This document shows, one piece after another, positions 56,271 through 64,000 of a DNA stretch of 64,000 bases. Position 1 is the stretch's first letter. Each line of letters opens with the position of its first letter. The notes beneath the pieces are model-generated. The model worked only from the letters and a program-made list of their open reading frames with translations, had not been told where the DNA came from and did no database searches. The stretch is taken from NCBI GenBank assembly GCA_964016885.1, contig OZ024766.1, positions 16,430,001-16,494,000 of the forward strand, written 5' to 3'. The position numbers and the translations under genes were made by a program. This stretch comes from Eledone cirrhosa (lineage: Eukaryota).

Positions 56271-57827
56271 TATCTTTAACTTACTTAAAGCAATAACAAG
56301 GTACAGCTAAATATAAACTATATTTTATAATGTAAGGTAGTGAACAAGATAATTAAATAGACGGAGGTAATTTAAATAATAAAGACAGTCATGATAACAA
56401 TATATTTTATATCACATGTAACAGTGGAATCTGGTTAATTACTGGTCGTTGTAGGGGTCACATAATTATATTATTTACACACATTAATCTAGACATTAAG
56501 TAAATCTTTGTCAACTTACCTCCTTCACATATAATCAATGTATTGTGTTGTTACTTGTTACTAAACAACCAAAGAAATAATCTCTTTGTTATCAAATTAG
56601 AAGTTTCAATGTTATCAGCTTTATTTCACGACATTAACGTTGGTGTATCTTCTTCATCTTTAGTCATAAATTGATATCTTGTCAGAATGAAGTAGTGAGG
56701 CTGACTTTATGTCTTTAGCTACAGATTTGATAGGAAATATATATATATTAGGTTGATACGTGGTCTAAAATATATATATTGTCTATAAATGACTGATAGC
56801 AGATGTTCTGGTGAAATAGTAGTTTTACTACTACAGATTGTAATGGAACTCTTAGTAGACACAATTGTAAAGTAAGAATAGATATGACAGTGTAAGACTG
56901 ATGTCGGGGAATTAAAATTGTGTGTGTGTATATATATATAATTGTTACACAAGATATAATTAGATTAATTAAAGTTATAACGAAGACAGCAGGTACTCGG
57001 TGTCTTAACGAATGTTTCAACTCTCGTACGGTGTCAAACGTTAAAAGTCCCTGACATAATTTAATACCTTCACACACATTTCCAGTCGTATTTAATTCGA
57101 GAGTGATGTGATTTATTAAAAAGAAATGTGATAATTGTTTCTACTTTTTGCACAAGGCCAGCAATTACCCTAGTGTATTACTGGTACTTTATTTTATTGA
57201 CCCCTTAATAATTGTTTCTACTTTAGGCACTAGGCCAGTAAATACATCAGTGAATTAGTGGTACTATATTTTATCGACCCTGTAATAATTGTTTCTACAT
57301 TAGGCACAAGGCCAGCAATACCCCAGTACATTACTGGTACTTTATTTTACCGACCCCGTAGGGATGAAAGGCGAAGCTAACCTCTGAGGGATTAACTTTG
57401 CTTTTCATCCTTATCTCTATACATATAAAAATGGACAGAGTGTGTACTTCACTGAAACCACTGCTCATCAGTTGACACCAGCACCACCTGACACTACTCT
57501 AACTGCTTTTTTGAAACACTGCCAGAATAAAGAATTTGTTCGATCCCTCCTATATGCTGACATCCCAAAATACTACACCTGGACCAATTGTAATACTTGG
57601 AATCAAAGGAAGCAGGGTCATTTAGTGGAAGGTGATGAAGTCAAGGCAAGTGATGCTATTGGGCATGTTTACAATGACCACCCCAACAACAGAGAGAGTT
57701 TTAATTTACAGCCATTTCTGCTTATTGTTCAAGGACCAACGTCATTTGAGGATCTCAGGTGATTTGGTGGCAGAGTGCAGCACATACCGAGAAGCATCTA
57801 AAGAACATCGACTCCTGCATGGCAATC

Positions 57828-59358
57828 GACATTGGAAGAAGAGACAAGAAGGGGCAGTCCCTGGAGTAGCCAGTTAAACAAGACAGCCATGGACACCTGT
57901 ATGACAACTGAGATTGGAAGAAGAGACTAGAAGGAGCAGTCACTGGAGTAGCCAGTTAAATAAGACAGCCATGGACTCCTGTATGACAACTGACATTGGA
58001 AGAAGAGAGTAGAAGGAGCAGTCACTGGAGTAGCCAGTTAAATAAGACAGCCATGGACTCCTGTATGACAACTGACATTGGAAGAAGGGACTAGAAGGAG
58101 CAGTCACTGGAGTGGTCAGTTAAATAAGACAGCCATGGACTCCTGTATGACAACTGACATTGGAAGGGACTAGAAGGAGCAGTCACTGTAGTAGCCAGTT
58201 AAATAAGACAGCCATGGACTCCTGTATCACAACTGACATTGGAAGAAGGGACTAGAAGGAGCAGTCACTGGAGTAGCCAGTTAAATAAGACAGCCATGGA
58301 GTCCTGTATGACAACTAACATTGGAAGAAGGGACTAGAAGGAGCAGTCACTGGAGTAGCCAGTTAAATAAGACAGCCATGGACTCCTGTATGACAACTGA
58401 CATTGGAAGAAGAGACTAGAAGGGGAAATCACTGGAGTAGCCAGTTAAACAAGACAGCCATGGACACCTGTATGACAACTGAGATTGGAAGAAGAGACTA
58501 GAAGGAGCAGTCACTGGAGTAGCCAGTTAAATAAGACAGCCATGGACTCCTGTATCACAACTGACATTGGAAGAAGGGACTAGAAGGAGCAGTCACTGGA
58601 GTAGCCAGTTAAATAAGACAGCCATGGAGTCCTGTATGACAACTAACATTGGAAGAAGGGACTAGAAGGAGCAGTCACTGGAGTAGCCAGTTAAATAAGA
58701 CAGCCATGGACTCCTGTATGACAACTAACATTGGAAGAAGGGACTAGAAGGAGCAGTCACTGTAGTAGCCAGTTAAATAAGACAGCCATGGACTCCTGTA
58801 TCACAAATGACATTGGAAAAGGGGACTAGAAGGAGCAGTCACTGGAGTAGCCAGTTAAATAAGACAGCCATGGGCACCTATATGACAACTAACATTGGAA
58901 GAAGGGACTAGAAGGAGCAGTCATTGGAGTAGCCAGTTAAATAAGACAGCCATGGACTCCTGTATGACAACTAACATTGGAAAAAGGGACTAGAAGGAAC
59001 AGTCACTTGAGTAGCCAGTTAAATAAGACAGCCATGGACACCTGTACGACAACTGACATTGGAAGAAGGGACTAGAAGGAGCAGTCACTGGAGTAGCCAG
59101 TTAAATAAGACAGCCATGGACACCTGTACAACAACTGACATTGGAAGAAGGGACTAGAAGGAGCAGTCACTGGAGTAGCCAGTTAAATAAGACAGCCATG
59201 GACTCCTGTATGACAACTAACATTGGAAAAAGGGACTAGAAGGAACAGTCACTTGAGTAGCCAGTTAAATAAGACAGCCATGGACACCTGTACGACAACT
59301 GACATTGGAAGAAGGGACTAGAAGGAGCAGTCACTGGAGTAGCCAGTTAAATAAGACA
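57828..59358. repeat. 82-bp minisatellite, ~19 copies
   Basis: Same unit. Confidence 0.95.
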
Positions 59359-61039
59359 GTTGTTTGCTACTATACTCACAGCATGTGGAATAAATCTCAT
59401 CTACCCTGGCAGGAGCACAAAAACAATATGTCAGACGACTATCTACACCTAGCCCAAAGACGTTAGAGCAATATTTTTGTGGAATCTACCTCCAGGATTT
59501 ACAATCAACCTCTGTGCAACCTGTCCCATTGAATTCCAGCAATGAATAGCAATGCGGGATGCCAGAGCCAGAAGAAATTGAGGTAATACAATCAATTTTT
59601 TCAGGAGACAAACCATGATATTGAAGTGTTGCGTAAGTTTGTGGATGAAAATAAACCTTGACTGGTGGATGACCAGAAATATGCCTACCACAACATCTTG
59701 AAAAACATTCAACATGACAGCACCCAGCACTCTCTGTAAATGAGGTTGGCGTTAGGAAGGGCATCCATCTGTAGAAATCAAGCCAGAATCAGTTCCCGTC
59801 CCACCCTTGCAAGCAGGGAAAAAGCGGACGTGAAATGAAATGATGATGAATGATGATGTCCCTCCCATTTTTTCAATAATGTCACTTTGACGAATCAAAA
59901 GATAAATAACAGAAAAACAGACCCCTAAAATATATTTTCCGTGCTATTTCCAACTTCACCTTTTCTCTATATATAGAGAGAGCGCGAGGACAATTTGTCA
60001 TGTCTTCATTACATAGGTGCTATTTTAAATAAACATCTTTTAACGGTCTGTTCTGCTATATTTTACTTTTCCACGTATATATATATATATTTATATATAT
60101 ATCAACTAGAAATTGATTGACATATAAATAAACATATGAAACAATGACAGGGGATAATTTGTAAAAGTGTATAAGCACACATAGCTAGGTAGGTAACTAA
60201 ATAAATTTAACTAGAACTTCAAAAATAGATACCTTAGAAAATTATTAATCTTCCTTGTATATATTCCATTAAAGAAATATATTTCACCAATTAATCGATT
60301 GGTAAACGACAGTAGCCAGATCTTGGATTCTCAACCAGAAAGAAGTCCAACCATCTGTGTTTACGCATCAAGTTCAAATCAGCGACTGACCAGTAACACG
60401 TGCTGTATCTACTAAAAATACACATATCATACCAGCTTCGTCCCAGTTGCGTGAATAGGGTTATTGATAACTAGAAACAGCAGTCAGGTCCTTTCAACAG
60501 AGTTATCTCTACAATTAAGAGGCCGTATTTATATATATATATATCCAAAATTAAGATAAATTAAAATAAAATTAATCTAAATCAAATTATGGGTGTCATG
60601 CCAGAAAGACAGGTGCCATATCACCCGTAAAATAAGCTCCATGGAGCTTATTTTACGGGTGATATGGCGCATGACTCCCATAATTTGATTTACATTTATT
60701 TTAGTTTAATTTATCTTAATTTTGGATATATATATATATATACAGAGAAAGAGAAGAGTAGACAAACAGACAATGACAAAGAAGTGGAATTAACTACCCC
60801 AGTATTTCACTGGTATTTCATTTATTGACCTCAAAATATCAAAGCAACTTTACCTCAGTGGGATTTGTACTCTGAGAACTAGAACAGACACTGAAAATAT
60901 ATCAAGATGTGCACACATGTATATAAGAACACATATACACATACACACACACATATATACACAAATAAAGATAATCATATTCATGAACAGAAATTTCTAC
61001 ACACTGACATATACACTCATACATATATATAATATATAT

Positions 61040-62813
61040 GCCCTCACAAGTGCTGAGAAGAAAGATGCATGGAAGAGTCATTATGATAGATTACTAAATG
61101 AGGAGAATGCATGGGAAGAAGAAACCCTACCCCAAGTGCAGTAGCATCATTGTCAACTGCTACAAAGGTAAAGGCGATGCACTAGATAGAGGAAACTATA
61201 GAGGTATAAAGTTGATGGACCAGGTCATGAAAGTAACAGAAAGAGTTATAGCACAGCTGATTAGGGACCGGGTGAATATAGACGAGATGCAATTTGGGTT
61301 TGTACCAGGAAGAAGCACCACTGATGCCCTCTTCCTTGTGAGGCAGTTACAGGAAAAGTACCTAGCTAAAAGTAAGCCACTCTACTTGGCATTTGTCGAC
61401 CTTGAGAAAGCCTTTGACAGAGTTCCACGTGCTGTAATCTGGTGGGCTCTTAGAAAACTAGGAGTAGATGAATGGCTTGTGAAAGCGGTACAAGCCATGT
61501 ATGGGGGAGCAGTCAGCAAAGTTAGGATTGGCAATGAGTATAGCGAGGAATTTAGCGTACAGGTTGGGGTCCACCAGGGCTCTGTTCTTAGCCCTCTCCT
61601 GTTCATCATAGTCCTGCAGGCAATAACGGAGGAGTTTAAGACCGGATGCCCATGGGAACTCCTGTATGCTGATGACCTCGCACTCATAGCTGAATCTATG
61701 TGAGAACTAGAGAATAAATTCCAAACCTGGAAGCAGGGACTAGAGAGAAAGGGTCTCAAAGTCAACATGACCAAGACTAAGGTCCTTGTAAGTAGACGAG
61801 AAAACAGAACCCAGATCCCCTCGGGGAAATGGCCTTGCTCAGTATGTAGGAAAGGTGTAGCAGCAAACAGCCACAGGAAACAAGTACCACCAATCTCTGG
61901 GAGGGCCCTGTAGAAACAGTAGACAGCTTCTGCTACCTAGGTGACCGAATTAGCAACGGAGGTGGGTGTTCAGAAAGTAAAATAACTAGGGTAAGAACGG
62001 GATGGAAGAAGTTTAGGGAACTACTACCACTGCTAGCTGCAAAAGGCTTCTCCCTCAGAATGAAAGGCAGACTGTATGATGCGTGTATCCGAACAGCGAT
62101 GTTGCATGGTAGTGAGACCTGGGCGCTGAAGGTGGAAGACTTACGTAGATTAGAGAGAAACGAAGCCTGCATGCTCCGATGGATGTGTAACAGTAATATA
62201 CGTGAACGACAAAGCATAAATGAATTGAGAGAGAGACTGAGCATAAGAGGAATCAAATGCTGTGTGCAGGAGAGGCGGTTGCGCTGGTATGGACATGTGA
62301 TGCGTATGAAGGATGACAGCTGCATAAAAAGGTGCAGAGCACTAGAAGTTGATGGAAACCGCGGAGTGGGGAGACCCAAGATGACCTGGGATGAGGTGAT
62401 AAAAGCCGACCTTACCCAATTACACCTCTCAAAGACAATGACACACGACCGTGACTTCTGGCGTCACGCAGTAATACAGAGTACCCGACCTCCCATGGGT
62501 ACATGCTGAAGCATATAAACAATATGCCCCCACACCCCCCACCGCAAGGTGGTCGTGGAGGTGCCACGGCAAAAAAGCACCCAGCCCACACTGTAAAGTG
62601 GACGTGTAGGCGCCACGAAAAAGCACCCAGCACTCACTGTAAATGAGGTTGGTGTTAGGAAGGGCATCCAGCTGTAGAAATCAAGCCAGATCAGTTCCTG
62701 TATGAGCAAGGCATGGTCAGCCGACCAGACACTGCACACAACAGGACAACCCGTCTAACCCATGCTAGCGTGGAAGAACGGACGTAAAACGGTGATGATG
62801 ATGATGATGATGA
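61040..62813 (+). mobile_element. 5'-truncated, internally deleted RTE-clade LINE with (GAT)n tail, inserted in a (TA)n tract
   Basis: YKGKGDALDRGNYRGI, QFGF, DLEKAFD, YADD, in-frame stop at 61703, deletions near 61135 and 61860, then the C-terminal ORF 62060-62509; related to but distinct from the 22-kb copy. Confidence 0.92.
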
Positions 62814-63734
62814 ATATATATATAGGAAAATCTTTAACCCCGACGGCAGAGCTCAAGCCATTTCGACGGTTATTTCTGGACTGTTTCCAGAAATAGCCGT
62901 CGAAACGGATTGAGCTCTGCCGTCGGGGTTAAACATTTTCCTATTACCCGCTCTACTACCCTAAGTATTGAATACTCTGGTGCGTATATGGTCCATCTGG
63001 TTCTTTACCACACCTCCTTTGTTATATATATATATAAAATTATAAGAAACGAAAGGAGCTGTGTGGTTACTGTAAACAAAGTTTAAGATGGTAATATGGA
63101 TGAAAGGAGAAAATAAACCCTTCATCAGCTGTAAACTGACATCTTAGATGTTTTGGCACATATATATAGAGTTTTTAAATTCTGTACCATACAGATTTGC
63201 CAGCATAAGTCTTGGTTACAACTTCTACAAATAAAATGAACGGAGAATAATTTCAGAACAAACAAGTTTTATTCAAAACATTAACAACATTGGTGGCACT
63301 ATTTTGGCTGAGTGACATGGTTTTTATCTTGTCTGATTGTGTTTGTGTTACATTAAGTAACCTTATGTTAGTACCACAACATTTAGAAAATGATTTACCA
63401 CAGACAACACGGTGATATAGTTCCTCTCCTGTATATGTTAGTGTCTAGTGAAGCCACATTTAGAGAAGGATTTACTGCAGATATCACAGTGATATGATTC
63501 CTCTCCTGTATGTTAGTGTGTAGGGAAGCCACAACATTTAGAGAAGGATTTACCACAGACATCACAGTGATATGGTTCCATTTCTGTATATGTTAGTATC
63601 TAGTGAAGCCACATTTAGAGAATGATTTACTGCAGATATCACAGTGATATGGTTCCTTTTCTGTAAATGTTAGTGCTGAGTGAAGTGACTTATTTCAGAG
63701 AATGATTTCCCAGATATCACAGTGATATGGTTTA

Positions 63735-63830
<96 letters not shown>

Positions 63831-63967
63831 TTATGTTTGTATGTAGTTAATGTAGCAATACAAGAGAATAATTTCTCCACAATATCACAGTGGTATGGCT
63901 TCTCACTCATATGAATGTATTTGTGTCTAATTAATTTACAATTTTGAGACAATGAGATATGACTTTG

Positions 63968-64000
63968 TTATGGTTTCTTACCTGTATGGGTATATTTGTG
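63968..64000 (-). CDS. 3' end of a seventh C2H2 zinc-finger paralog ([10 protein letters not shown]), running off the window
   Basis: Sequence matches 1001-1033. Confidence 0.85.
   Translation of the reverse strand, partial: HKYTHTGKKP

Overview
AT-rich eukaryotic DNA, most likely a coleoid cephalopod (Octopus-like; inferred from the [14 protein letters not shown] finger consensus, the RTE LINEs and the tRNA-derived SINE). The whole window is a tandem array of a ~7-15 kb cassette. Each cassette carries one minus-strand C2H2 zinc-finger gene with a single coding exon. There are 6 complete ORFs (17, 15, 11, 20, 7 and 5 finger units) plus the 3' end of a 7th at the right edge. On the + strand the cassette order is: degenerate-finger 3' UTR, ZNF CDS, intron (old RTE fragment, SINE, 115-bp satellite), probable non-coding exon 1, 77-bp SINE-tail repeats, a Helitron fragment split by an 82-bp minisatellite, an RTE 3' remnant, a ~190-bp palindrome and a 123-bp hairpin. 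Copy-specific events include two RTE LINE insertions in (TA)n tracts, a Gypsy element with atypical LTRs, a 585-bp insert, and three deletions. The paralogs share a constant leader and a constant last finger but have shuffled middle fingers. The last 1 kb of the window repeats the first 1 kb almost exactly, suggesting a ~63-kb six-gene higher-order repeat. All counts and alignments were done by eye.
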